A DNA stretch of 64,000 bases from a virus. A program made the translations under genes and the position numbers. Where the stretch lies: the IMG/VR virus record IMGVR_UViG_3300029305_001665, one strand, 5' to 3'. Shown here in pieces: positions 1-7,984 of this stretch. Position 1 is the first letter of the stretch. The number at the start of each line of letters is the position of its first letter. Below the pieces are notes generated by a model. It had not been told where the DNA came from. It ran no database searches and worked only from the letters and a program-made list of their open reading frames with translations.

Positions 1-557
1 CGCGGGCTAGACATACGTACTGCATCAGCGTAATCTTTAGTGTCACGTAAAATCTCGTATTCTTGTTTAGTGACGTCGTTTCTGATATATACAGAGTCGT
101 CTAGTTCGTCCTCAAAATAGCGTCCGACATCATCCCCAACAGTCCCTTTTAAATCAGTAATGATGTTTAAATCTTTGTCCGCTAGTACTCCGTCATTGAA
201 GTAAGTAAGAGTAACTAACTCGAAATCATCACTGAAATCGGCAGCGTCAACAACATAGGGCTTGCTAAGAACTTCTTCGGGCTCTTCAGTATTAGAATAA
301 TTGGTATAGCCGCTTTTGGCCAGCATAGCGGCATAATCTTTAATATTTTGTTCTGTGTTTTCTTTTTCAGGAGCAGGAAGTTCGGGCGTATTATTTTCTT
401 TTTTATCGCCATACAATTCCACGTATCTGGCTTTAACGTCTGCTATCTCCTGATCAGAGATTTGTTTATACTTATTTTTAAGTATTTGCCAGCTTACGAA
501 GGAACCGATAGCGGCCCCTAACGTAAACGACAATACTGTTCCTAACTTGCTATTCAA
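1..557 (-). CDS. hypothetical membrane-anchored protein, 3'-partial (runs off window start)
   Basis: Minus-strand frame opens with TTG at 557 behind a GGAGGATAGAAAGG RBS. N-terminal hydrophobic helix (LGTVLSFTLGAAIGSFVSW), then an acidic soluble part. No stop codon before position 1, so it is unterminated and absent from the ORF track. Confidence 0.4.
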   Translation of the reverse strand, partial: MNSKLGTVLSFTLGAAIGSFVSWQILKNKYKQISDQEIADVKARYVELYGDKKENNTPELPAPEKENTEQNIKDYAAMLAKSGYTNYSNTEEPEEVLSKPYVVDAADFSDDFELVTLTYFNDGVLADKDLNIITDLKGTVGDDVGRYFEDELDDSVYIRNDVTKQEYEILRDTKDYADAVRMSSP

Positions 558-795
558 CCTTTCTATCCTCCGTTCTTATGTTATTTAAATTTTCAGGTAT
601 AAATATCATACTACCAAGTACTATACAGTCCAAATATCCGAGATTCAACCAAGTTAGAACTGTAGCTGCACCTACCTCCAATTCTTCGGCAACTTCTCCG
701 ATAGTTTTGAATCCTGTTAGTTTACCATCTTTAAATATAGGTTCGTCTTCGAGATTATTATTCAGAATATGAATGATCAGTTCCCGACCTGTCAT
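550..795 (-). CDS. small HTH DNA-binding protein (excisionase/MerR-like helix-turn-helix)
   Basis: 81 aa. Segment TIGEVAEELEVGAATVLTWLNLGYL is a typical excisionase/MerR-type HTH. Confidence 0.45.
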   Translation of the reverse strand: MTGRELIIHILNNNLEDEPIFKDGKLTGFKTIGEVAEELEVGAATVLTWLNLGYLDCIVLGSMIFIPENLNNIRTEDRKVE

Positions 796-887
796 TATAA
801 AACTCCTTTCTAATCTTTAGAATCTATATAGTCCATCATGTCTTGGTAAGGGTCTCCGGTCCAAGAATATCCGGGACCGAGATCATT

Positions 888-1870
888 TCAAATCAAACGA
901 TGAGCCTCGCGCTCGATTCGTTCGATGTCGGTTAAGATATTACCGTCAATATTGAAATCGAGAATGATAGAACGTTCATAGCCGTTTACGAAATCCTTGT
1001 TAGATTCTCTAGTTATATCGAAAATGCCGAAATCAATATAGTTATCTCCACGAGGATTCTTCTCGTCGTAAACCCAACCATGTGATTGACCCAATGCTGT
1101 TTTAGGGAATCCTAGCATTTCGTATACGTCGTTAACCGTTACGTAATGTCGGTGCTTTAACAAATCATTAGCCCAATTTTGCTGTTGCAGTAAGAAGTAC
1201 TTATTCTGTTCCGGATCTTTGGTCCAACCAATACAGCCAATATCGTACAGTCTAGCGAAAATGCTGTAATCTTCGGGTTTAAAGTCTGCGGGGACCATAT
1301 TATCGACGGTTCTCTTTACTTTCTTTTCCTTGCCTTTTTCGTCGACAATAGTCTCTTCGATTTCTTTAGTCTTAAGATTATACTTTAATTCTCTATCGAG
1401 TTTTTCGCCGAAGCGTTCAACTACGCGGCCTCTGTATTGTTTGAATCCTTTATCCACAGCAGCATAAGCAGTAGCGAGAGCTATGTTACGTCCATGAAGT
1501 ATCTTATGAGAACCAAAGAAACATGCAAGCGATGCGGCTCCTAAAAGAACAGAGGGAGCATATTGTTTAGCAATGTCTAATGCCGTTCTAGTATAAACGA
1601 TTGTTAAATCCTTCTTAGCATCTTCTTGAGTATAGGTTTCTCCTGCTTCGGTAACACCGGTTTCGCTAGCAGTATGAATTTTTGCTATTTTTTCTTTGCT
1701 TTCTTTAGCTACTTCGTCTACTTTTAGAGTTGCTTTACAAGCTAATACAGCACTAGTTACAGTGCCGGCAGCGCCAAGACCCATTAGAATCTCGGGACTG
1801 TGCTTTTTAATTTGGAAGCCTACTTTGCAAGCGAAGTTAGCTAAATTATTTAAAAATTGACCATTTGCCA
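888..1870 (-). CDS. hypothetical protein, paralog A of the 3256..4020 gene
   Basis: True start is probably MANGQ at 1870; the track ORF extends further upstream. Shares PEILxGLGAAGxVxxAV, YxPxxLxGAASxACxxGS and YRxxVVExxGEK blocks with the 3256..4020 product. Confidence 0.5.
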
Positions 1871-1876
1871 TATTAG

Positions 1877-2037
1877 TTATTCTCCTTTTGTAATTAAATT
1901 TACTAAAAAATTTCCGACACCGATCATACCAGCAATACATAAGCCCATCGCTAATATTCCGCCCGGATGGGTATAATCGAATGCTGCTACGGCGTATTCT
2001 TTATTCTTATCCACAAAACCTACAAATTTTTGTTCCA
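1877..2037 (-). CDS. small hydrophobic membrane peptide (53 aa)
   Basis: ATG at 2037 after AAGGAGGTAA. Product MEQKFVGFVDKNKEYAVAAFDYTHPGGILAMGLCIAGMIGVGNFLVNLITKGE has one TM helix. Not in ORF track (<60 aa). Confidence 0.35.
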
Positions 2038-2048
2038 TAATTACCTCC

Positions 2049-2187
2049 TTAGAACAACCATAATAATAATTTAGTAGTTAAAGCGATTGCTGTGCCGCCT
2101 ATGCAGACCGCTATACAAGCGAGTAATATTGTACTTAGCACTGTGCCGATATAATAACCGACAACTTTATTTTTATCTTTATTCATA
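2049..2187 (-). CDS. small hydrophobic membrane peptide (46 aa)
   Basis: ATG at 2187 after an AAGGAGG RBS. Product MNKDKNKVVGYYIGTVLSTILLACIAVCIGGTAIALTTKLLLWLF. Confidence 0.35.
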
Positions 2188-2196
2188 AATACCTCC

Positions 2197-2811
2197 TTAA
2201 TCTAGTGGTGCGGCTTTTGGTAATTTTATAATATAGCCGCCCATTACTCTTTCTACTGACGCTGATGAAACATCATACCAGCCGTACTTATCGCTCGTAT
2301 ATGGAGCAGTCATGTCGGCCATATCATACAGGTCCATGACCGTTACATATCCATAGCGTTGAATCGAACCCCACATTTGGTCGAGTACAAGCTCGGCGTC
2401 AGCTCTATTTGCGAATACGATATTTTGGTAATCGAATCGCGAGCTAGCTGCTCTAGGCTGAGCTACCGTTTTTTGAGGAGCGAATCTGTCCGCATAATTT
2501 GTGTAATATGAAATATTAGATAGCGGGTTATGTTTTTGTAGATTATTCCTACCGCCACCAAATATCATAGTTGCGCCTTTAATAATAATGTCGAGAATCG
2601 TATCCTTTACAGCAGGAATTACAATGTCGTCACGCACATAGTTTTTAACGTTATGAGCGTCGTCAGAAATAAACTTGCTAGCAAGCTTGGATAGCTCGCC
2701 TTGCTTCTGTACACGAGCAGCACCTTTTACAACTTTTTGCGCACGTTCTTTCTGCTGCTGTTGCTCGCGTTTGTATTTGTGCGAATTTGGTTTAATATCA
2801 GGTATTTCCAT
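2197..2811 (-). CDS. hypothetical protein (204 aa)
   Basis: Intact ORF with RBS. No motif recognised. Confidence 0.5.
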   Translation of the reverse strand: MEIPDIKPNSHKYKREQQQQKERAQKVVKGAARVQKQGELSKLASKFISDDAHNVKNYVRDDIVIPAVKDTILDIIIKGATMIFGGGRNNLQKHNPLSNISYYTNYADRFAPQKTVAQPRAASSRFDYQNIVFANRADAELVLDQMWGSIQRYGYVTVMDLYDMADMTAPYTSDKYGWYDVSSASVERVMGGYIIKLPKAAPLD

Positions 2812-2908
2812 CTAGTTTTCTCCTTTCGGTAAATAAATCTAAGCAAACAGAAAAGAAGATACCTTGTTAAGATATCCTCTTTTTGTTTGAGTAAATTGTG
2901 ATAAAATT

Positions 2909-3193
2909 TTAGTCGCCATACTTCGTCTGATCGAAGCAATCATCGTGCGTGGCGTTAGTTTGCTCTCCGCTATTGGCCTGTTCCGGCTGGTTTTTGTTCC
3001 TGCGGTTTTTAATCCAAGCTCTAATCTTCTTGAAGCCTTTTACGGTTAGCTCGCCTGCTTTCCAGACGCCTAAGCCGAGAAGGGCTAATCCTCCAACTTT
3101 AGCTGCGGGACTTAAACCGTCGGTATTGGGTTCCACCATAACGGGACCTTCGGTGAGTTCAGTTGCTTCTACGGTTTCAATGATTTCGTTCAT
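2909..3193 (-). CDS. small membrane protein (94 aa)
   Basis: Central hydrophobic helix (VGGLALLGLGVW). Preceded by the conserved 44-nt element. Confidence 0.45.
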   Translation of the reverse strand: MNEIIETVEATELTEGPVMVEPNTDGLSPAAKVGGLALLGLGVWKAGELTVKGFKKIRAWIKNRRNKNQPEQANSGEQTNATHDDCFDQTKYGD

Positions 3194-3200
3194 TTAAAGT

Positions 3201-3244
3201 TTCTCCTTTAATTTTCTTTTAAGTTTCTCATATTAGGAAATGTA
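3201..3244 (-). promoter_or_regulatory. conserved 44-nt upstream element, copy 1 (identical to 4251..4294)
   Basis: aattttcttttaagtttctcatattaggaaatgtaaaatccgcg occurs identically twice. On the minus strand it reads CGCGGATTTTACATTTCCTAATATGAGAAA and lies just upstream of a small membrane-protein gene. Confidence 0.5.
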
Positions 3245-3255
3245 AAATCCGCGTG

Positions 3256-4020
3256 TTAGTATTTGTCATAACCATACTTAGGCGGATACCAGAATCCAAC
3301 TACAAGACACGGCGTTCTTCCGTCGTCGGCTAATTGAGTAGTAAAGTGCGGCTTGATTAGACTCCAATCGGCTCTCCAGCCTATGGTATAACCGATATCA
3401 GTGGGATACAAACCTAGTTCCGTATAAAAGTCGTTCAACGATATTTCTTCACCGTTATTCATTTTGCGGTTTAATACATTAGCGATGCTTTCTATTTCGA
3501 TCTTGCTCGAATAGAAGTAACGTCCGCAAGTATTGTCGTAACATAAAGTATCGCCTTTACCAGTCTGTATAATTTCACTACCACTAGGCGGGTTTTTGGT
3601 AACTTTTTCCCTCATTATAGCTTCGCGTACTTCCTGCTCCTTCTTTTCACCAACCGTTTCTACTACTTTTTCGCGATATTCTGCTATAGCAGTTTCGGAA
3701 AGCTTATAAGCTGCTGCTAATGCGCTATAACGTTTAGCGTGTACGGTGTTGGAGCCAAGAATACATGCGATAGACGCTGCTCCGGATAATGCTGCTGGCA
3801 CGTAATACTTCCAAGTGCATTTGATTGTTTCTTTCATAGGAAGTTTATCGGTGTGTAGTTCTCTCTTCTTCTCTTCAACTGCCTTTAAAGCTTTGGGCGT
3901 AGCTTTTGCCGAAAATACCGCAGTTACTACAACGCCGGCCGCTCCAAGTCCAGTTAAGATTTCAGGTGTGTGCTCGGATAGAAATCTTCGAGTTGCTTTG
4001 AATAAAGTGTGTTTGCTCAT
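3256..4020 (-). CDS. hypothetical protein, paralog B of the 888..1870 gene
   Basis: 254 aa. Shares conserved blocks with paralog A. N-terminal basic stretch followed by a Gly/Ala-rich helix. Confidence 0.5.
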   Translation of the reverse strand: MSKHTLFKATRRFLSEHTPEILTGLGAAGVVVTAVFSAKATPKALKAVEEKKRELHTDKLPMKETIKCTWKYYVPAALSGAASIACILGSNTVHAKRYSALAAAYKLSETAIAEYREKVVETVGEKKEQEVREAIMREKVTKNPPSGSEIIQTGKGDTLCYDNTCGRYFYSSKIEIESIANVLNRKMNNGEEISLNDFYTELGLYPTDIGYTIGWRADWSLIKPHFTTQLADDGRTPCLVVGFWYPPKYGYDKY

Positions 4021-4098
4021 TTGTTTCTCCTTTCAGTTTTTTAAATTAAAGAATAAGACCCACTGTTTATAGTGAGTCCCATCCTGTTGAGTTGCTTA

Positions 4099-4236
4099 TT
4101 AGTCTTTAGATAGTTTTTTTAAAACTTTCTTTACTACGTTGTCCTCCATTTGGGATTGCTTATTAGCTCTATCCTTGTTAGTACAGATAGTCGCTAATAC
4201 AGTAAGTCCAAGTGCCATTGCCGCTAGAAAAGACAT
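4099..4236 (-). CDS. small hydrophobic membrane peptide (46 aa)
   Basis: ATG at 4236 after GGAGGTAATTAAAT. Product MSFLAAMALGLTVLATICTNKDRANKQSQMEDNVVKKVLKKLSKD. Followed by a hairpin terminator. Confidence 0.3.
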   Translation of the reverse strand: MSFLAAMALGLTVLATICTNKDRANKQSQMEDNVVKKVLKKLSKD

Positions 4237-4250
4237 ATTTAATTACCTCC

Positions 4251-4294
4251 AATTTTCTTTTAAGTTTCTCATATTAGGAAATGTAAAATCCGCG
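4251..4294 (-). promoter_or_regulatory. conserved 44-nt upstream element, copy 2
   Basis: Exact duplicate of 3201..3244. Sits directly upstream of the 4099..4236 peptide gene. Confidence 0.5.
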
Positions 4295-4296
4295 GA

Positions 4297-4656
4297 TTAG
4301 ATATCTTTCCTGTCGAAACACGTCTCCCAACGTTCTTTTGGTAGTGGTTTTAATTTTAATGCCCACATTATTTGGCGTATCGTAACAGTAGGATATAATC
4401 CGTCCGTACATTCTCCAGCACGTTTATCGAAAAAGACCTTGAAACCAGGACTTAGATATAGTACGTCTGGAAGCCAAGGATCTAATTCGGTCCAGTATGT
4501 GACCTTATTAATAGGATCATAACGTTGTTGTATGACTGCTAGACCCAGATCGCCGATTGCGAATAACGTACACCGATCGTATACCACATGATCGCACTCG
4601 TAGGTTTCGCCATACATAGTCGAATAAATTTTAGGTCGTTCGTAGTGATATCGCAT
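4297..4656 (-). CDS. hypothetical protein (~119 aa)
   Basis: Track ORF starts at 4689, but that N-terminus is read through the terminator hairpin 4692..4713. A GAGGG RBS plus ATG at 4656 is the likelier start. Confidence 0.4.
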   Translation of the reverse strand: MRYHYERPKIYSTMYGETYECDHVVYDRCTLFAIGDLGLAVIQQRYDPINKVTYWTELDPWLPDVLYLSPGFKVFFDKRAGECTDGLYPTVTIRQIMWALKLKPLPKERWETCFDRKDI

Positions 4657-4681
4657 ATATGCCCTCGCAATCAAAAAGCAA

Positions 4682-4713
4682 AAGGGCATTCGCGTTTGCC
4701 CTTATACTTTAAA
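4682..4713 (-). terminator. rho-independent terminator
   Basis: AAGGGCA/TGCCCTT 7-bp stem followed by a T-run on the minus strand, after the 4702..4893 gene. Confidence 0.5.
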
Positions 4714-4893
4714 TCCTAGTGATTCCATAGGTAGTAATATAGAAATCGGTTCGTTGCTAATTCGTTTCACGCTAAGCGTTAGTTTGCATGTTTTCTTGTC
4801 GACTACCTCAACCTTTTCGAATTGGCGATGATATCGATTAGAAACATGTGCTTCTAGTTCTTTTTGTAATTTCTCTTTAGCTTTTTTCGTCAT
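4702..4893 (-). CDS. hypothetical protein (63 aa)
   Basis: ORF with upstream RBS. No recognisable motif. Confidence 0.3.
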   Translation of the reverse strand: MTKKAKEKLQKELEAHVSNRYHRQFEKVEVVDKKTCKLTLSVKRISNEPISILLPMESLGFKV

Positions 4894-5000
4894 TTTTTAA
4901 TCCTCCTTAACAGTTTCACTACTGTTCATAATAGGGAGGGTATTTTTCGCGAAAAGAAAGAGCCCTTGATAGAGCTCCGTCTTTTGGATTTGGTTATCGG

Positions 5001-5396
5001 TTACTTCTTGTGAAATAGGTTCTTAAAGAATTCTCGTCCAAATATTGTGGTTACGGTTCCTTCTTTTTCAAACTCCATAGTTTTGTAAGTTCCCCAGACA
5101 GTTAGTCCTGTGGTAACCAGTAGAGTAGTTCCTTGCAGAATATTAGATACCACTCGTCCTCGTTTTTCGCTTTTAAGCTGTTCACGTTTTAAAGCTAATT
5201 CTTGCGAACGTTGTGCTTCGGCTGTGACTTGCGAATTTGCTTGTTGTTTAAGCTTTTGGAGTTCGATGTATCGGTCTGTAAGTTTGGTTACTCCGTCAAT
5301 AGTTACCTTATACTCGTCTGTTCCGGCTTCCATGTCTTTTAGAAGTTTGACTTCTGAATTTATTTCGTCTTCCAACAATTTTGTATCTAAGCTCAT
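5001..5396 (-). CDS. coiled-coil protein with C-terminal TM helix (131 aa)
   Basis: N-terminal heptad-like charged sequence. C-terminal hydrophobic segment TTLLVTTGLTVWG. Confidence 0.4.
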   Translation of the reverse strand: MSLDTKLLEDEINSEVKLLKDMEAGTDEYKVTIDGVTKLTDRYIELQKLKQQANSQVTAEAQRSQELALKREQLKSEKRGRVVSNILQGTTLLVTTGLTVWGTYKTMEFEKEGTVTTIFGREFFKNLFHKK

Positions 5397-5448
5397 TTTG
5401 TTACCTCCTTATAATGAATTTTCGATACGTAGTCCATAATAGGACGTG

Positions 5449-5679
5449 TTACTTACGCGTTTCACTTGGAAACTCGGTGTCTACTTTTAGAACAATGTAG
5501 TTCTGTCTAGCTAGTGCGTCTAGGTCCATACTATTTAGTTCGAGTCTACAGATATCTTTTTCCGGATCGGTGCAGTCGATCTTAAAGACACCGTATAAGC
5601 GTCTAAACCAAATAAAATTCATCAGAGCAGTTCCAATGACGATTCCTAAACTAAAAGCTATTACTAAATATATTTCCAT
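5449..5679 (-). CDS. small membrane protein (76 aa)
   Basis: N-terminal TM helix (IYLVIAFSLGIVIGTALMNFIWF). Confidence 0.4.
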   Translation of the reverse strand: MEIYLVIAFSLGIVIGTALMNFIWFRRLYGVFKIDCTDPEKDICRLELNSMDLDALARQNYIVLKVDTEFPSETRK

Positions 5680-5785
5680 CGCATACCTCCTTTAAGTACG
5701 ATTTGTCACTCTACTAAAATATCATCTTTCAGCGTCACCTGCGTACGGCAAATGTATTCTAGAATAGAAAGATTTAATCTAAATT

Positions 5786-5810
5786 AAAAAGAAAGAGACT
5801 GTGTAGTCTC
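5786..5810 (-). terminator. rho-independent terminator
   Basis: GAGACT gtgt AGTCTC perfect stem followed by TTTCTTTTT on the minus strand, directly after the 5813..5970 gene. Confidence 0.5.
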
Positions 5811-5812
5811 AC

Positions 5813-5970
5813 TAGTCCCCTTCTTTTGAGTTTCTAATTCGTTTAATGATCCATATTATTATTAGCGTTGCTATTATAATATCGCCAAATGCTAACAGAA
5901 TAGACAGGCTATATATAGCCGCTATAATGAATAGCGTAACAGCGATAAATAAACAGACAGATAATATCAT
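5813..5970 (-). CDS. small hydrophobic membrane peptide (52 aa)
   Basis: ATG at 5970 after AAAGGAGAA. Product MILSVCLFIAVTLFIIAAIYSLSILLAFGDIIIATLIIIWIIKRIRNSKEGD. Confidence 0.35.
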
Positions 5971-5990
5971 ATAGAGTTCTCCTTTTATTA

Positions 5991-6020
5991 ATTTCTCATA
6001 TTAGAACATGAAAAAACCGC
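5991..6020 (-). promoter_or_regulatory. conserved upstream element, copy 3
   Basis: tctcatattagaacatgaaaaaaccgcgg, related to copies 1/2. About 20 nt upstream of the RBS of the 5813..5970 peptide gene. Confidence 0.4.
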
Positions 6021-6030
6021 GGCTAAAGCG

Positions 6031-6056
6031 AAAAGAAAGAGCCCTTGCCAGAGCTC
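6031..6056 (-). terminator. rho-independent terminator (possibly bidirectional)
   Basis: GAGC ccttgccaga GCTC hairpin flanked by T/A runs on both strands, at the 3' end of the 6055..6261 gene. Confidence 0.45.
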
Positions 6057-6261
6057 AGCCTTTTTTAGTATTTTTTTCTTTGATCCAATAATAAAATTTA
6101 AGCGCAAAAAATGCCGTCGATGAAGTCATAAATATACAACCTAATATACTGTAAGGTACTATCACCGCATAGTATACACCTGGTATGATGTTGACTATTA
6201 GTGTAGATACCAATACTAATATAAGTAATATATATGTAAGCTTCTCAAAAAACAGCTTCAT
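6055..6261 (-). CDS. small membrane protein (68 aa, two TM helices)
   Basis: Almost entirely hydrophobic product. Start is preceded by copy 4 of the conserved element. Confidence 0.4.
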   Translation of the reverse strand: MKLFFEKLTYILLILVLVSTLIVNIIPGVYYAVIVPYSILGCIFMTSSTAFFALKFYYWIKEKNTKKG

Positions 6262-6290
6262 ATTGTTACCTCCTTTTAATATTTCTTTTT

Positions 6291-6320
6291 ATCATAATAG
6301 AACATGAAAAAACCGCGGCT
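6291..6320 (-). promoter_or_regulatory. conserved upstream element, copy 4
   Basis: atcataatagaacatgaaaaaaccgcgg, upstream of the 6055..6261 gene. Confidence 0.4.
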
Positions 6321-6375
6321 AAAATGAAAAAGAACAGAGCCTGTGTTAGACCCTGTCCTTCTTGAATTAAATTAT

Positions 6376-6480
6376 TTTCTTAATTCACCAACAAGTTTAA
6401 TGATAAGTTCAACGATAAAGTATCCAGTTACGAGTTTTAATACCGTAGCAAGAATTCCTCCATTTTGATTATCCATAATT
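6376..6480 (-). CDS. mini hydrophobic peptide (34 aa)
   Basis: ATG at 6480 after GGAGGTAAGAAATT. Product MDNQNGGILATVLKLVTGYFIVELIIKLVGELRK. Confidence 0.25.
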
Positions 6481-6491
6481 TCTTACCTCCT

Positions 6492-6641
6492 TAAGATTCT
6501 AATGTTTCTTCATTTAAGGAGATGTTTACACCGCGTTCTTCGCGCTTGTCTAGATAATACTGAATTAACTTCTTAGTTCCGTAAGATGCTGCCAAAGAAA
6601 CCAATGCTGTAGTTGTTGAGATTAATAGTGATTTTTTCATA
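6492..6641 (-). CDS. small secreted/membrane peptide (49 aa)
   Basis: ATG at 6641 after GGAGGATGATATTT. Product MKKSLLISTTTALVSLAASYGTKKLIQYYLDKREERGVNISLNEETLES has a signal-peptide-like N-terminus. Confidence 0.3.
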
Positions 6642-6659
6642 AATATCATCCTCCAAATT

Positions 6660-7079
6660 TTATCCTCTTAATTTATTTAATAGCCAAAAGAATCGTCTAT
6701 ACCGATCATAGTACATGTCCTTACCACACGGTATACCCATCTTTGACTTTAAATACGAATATGATAGATTTTCAGTTACTGCTTTTAATATGTATTCAGA
6801 TAAATATCTGTCAGCTTCCATTGCGGCTTTCTCAACCAGATGCATTTTCTCAGCGTAATGAGTTTTCATTATTGCTCGCTTAGCAGTCGGATCGCCTGGA
6901 AGGTTGCTGGTTGAAACTCTCTCGATCATCGAAAGCGGCATCCCTTCGTCATCGAACTCAGCGTATGCTTGTTTCCAACTTGGGTACTGTAAACAAAAAT
7001 GTTTGAGTTCGTAATGTCGATGTTTATCAATACGATATTTGTTACGTATGGATAGTTCAGCTCGTAAATTCGTAGCCAT
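6660..7079 (-). CDS. hypothetical protein (~139 aa), possibly a small phage transcription regulator
   Basis: ORF begins TTG-ATG; the ATG at 7079 is the likely start. Size and position beside the switch are compatible with an ArpU/RinA-type regulator, but I see no confident motif. Confidence 0.3.
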   Translation of the reverse strand: MATNLRAELSIRNKYRIDKHRHYELKHFCLQYPSWKQAYAEFDDEGMPLSMIERVSTSNLPGDPTAKRAIMKTHYAEKMHLVEKAAMEADRYLSEYILKAVTENLSYSYLKSKMGIPCGKDMYYDRYRRFFWLLNKLRG

Positions 7080-7327
7080 CAATCTTCACCTCTTATGTAC
7101 TCTTCGTAAACTTCTATGTATTCTTCGATTCTTTTAATTTTTCTTTTAAGCGAATCAAGCTCTCTTTCTTGCAGTAGAATCAGCTCGACTAGTTCTGTGA
7201 TGATGTCGTCTTTTCTCATTTTCATCCTCCTTAAACTTAATTTGAATCTTAGCGTCGTGCTTCTGACTTAAAATTCGACTAAGTACCTCTTCTATTCTAG
7301 ATTTCATTTCTCGGCTCTCCTCACTCG

Positions 7328-7430
7328 GTGTCTAATTAAGACACTTTTACTTTACTACGCCCTAAAAGTGTATGTCAACACTAAAATTGATTTTTTAGAC
7401 ATAAAAGTTTATAATAAAGACACTCGAAGG
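7328..7430. promoter_or_regulatory. divergent promoter/operator region of the lysogeny switch
   Basis: Inverted repeat GTGTCTaattaAGACAC at 7329..7345 and a second IR GTGTatgtcaACAC. AGACA(T/C) half-sites are repeated. TTGATT-17-TATAAT lies upstream of the XRE gene, with a GGGAGG RBS before a TTG start. Confidence 0.45.
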
Positions 7431-7441
7431 GAGGTACACAG

Positions 7442-7777
7442 TTGGAAATAGGACAAAAAATTAAGAAAGCTAGATTAGAAAGGGGGCTTACACAGCAAGA
7501 ACTTGGAGATATAGTTGGCGTCCAGAAATCAGCCATAGCTAAATACGAAAATGGAAGAGTCGTAAATATAAAAAGAAGCACCTTACAGAAAATTGCAAGT
7601 GCTTTAAATATTAGACCATCAGAGCTCATCTTTACTGAGTCGCCAAGAGACGCCGCTGATCTTCATGTCAGGATAATTACAGATTTTGAGTTGATGGAAT
7701 CTATTAAGGATTATTATTTATTGAGTGAGGAGAACCAAAAAATGGTGCGAGACCTTATACGTAGCCTTAGAAAGTAA
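7442..7777 (+). CDS. XRE-family HTH transcriptional repressor (CI-like)
   Basis: N-terminal LTQQELGDIVGVQKSAIAKYENG is a canonical XRE HTH. Located at the switch, immediately upstream of the integrase. Confidence 0.8.
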   Translation: MEIGQKIKKARLERGLTQQELGDIVGVQKSAIAKYENGRVVNIKRSTLQKIASALNIRPSELIFTESPRDAADLHVRIITDFELMESIKDYYLLSEENQKMVRDLIRSLRK

Positions 7778-7984
7778 ATAACTTCTTAGCAAATTCGTAC
7801 AAGTATTCAATCTCGTCTTCAGTGAGTGTTTCTAATAGTTCGAGTAATTCTTGCTTCACGTGGTAATACGGCTCCTTTCAACCGGGGCAAGGTTTAGTTA
7901 GAACAAATGTTCTGAAAATATTATAAAAATTGTAAAATTGAAAATCAACGAGTAAATATTGGTAAAACTGGAGGAAATTACATC

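Noticed and set aside
215-412. 65-aa minus-strand ORF in the ORF track
   Set aside because: Low-complexity, Lys/Leu-rich product lying in an alternative frame of the real unterminated CDS 1..557. Likely spurious.
7776-7868. 30-aa minus-strand ORF (GTG start) antisense to the 3' end of the XRE gene
   Set aside because: Very short with an alternative start codon. Could be a small antisense peptide, but sequence alone cannot tell it from chance.
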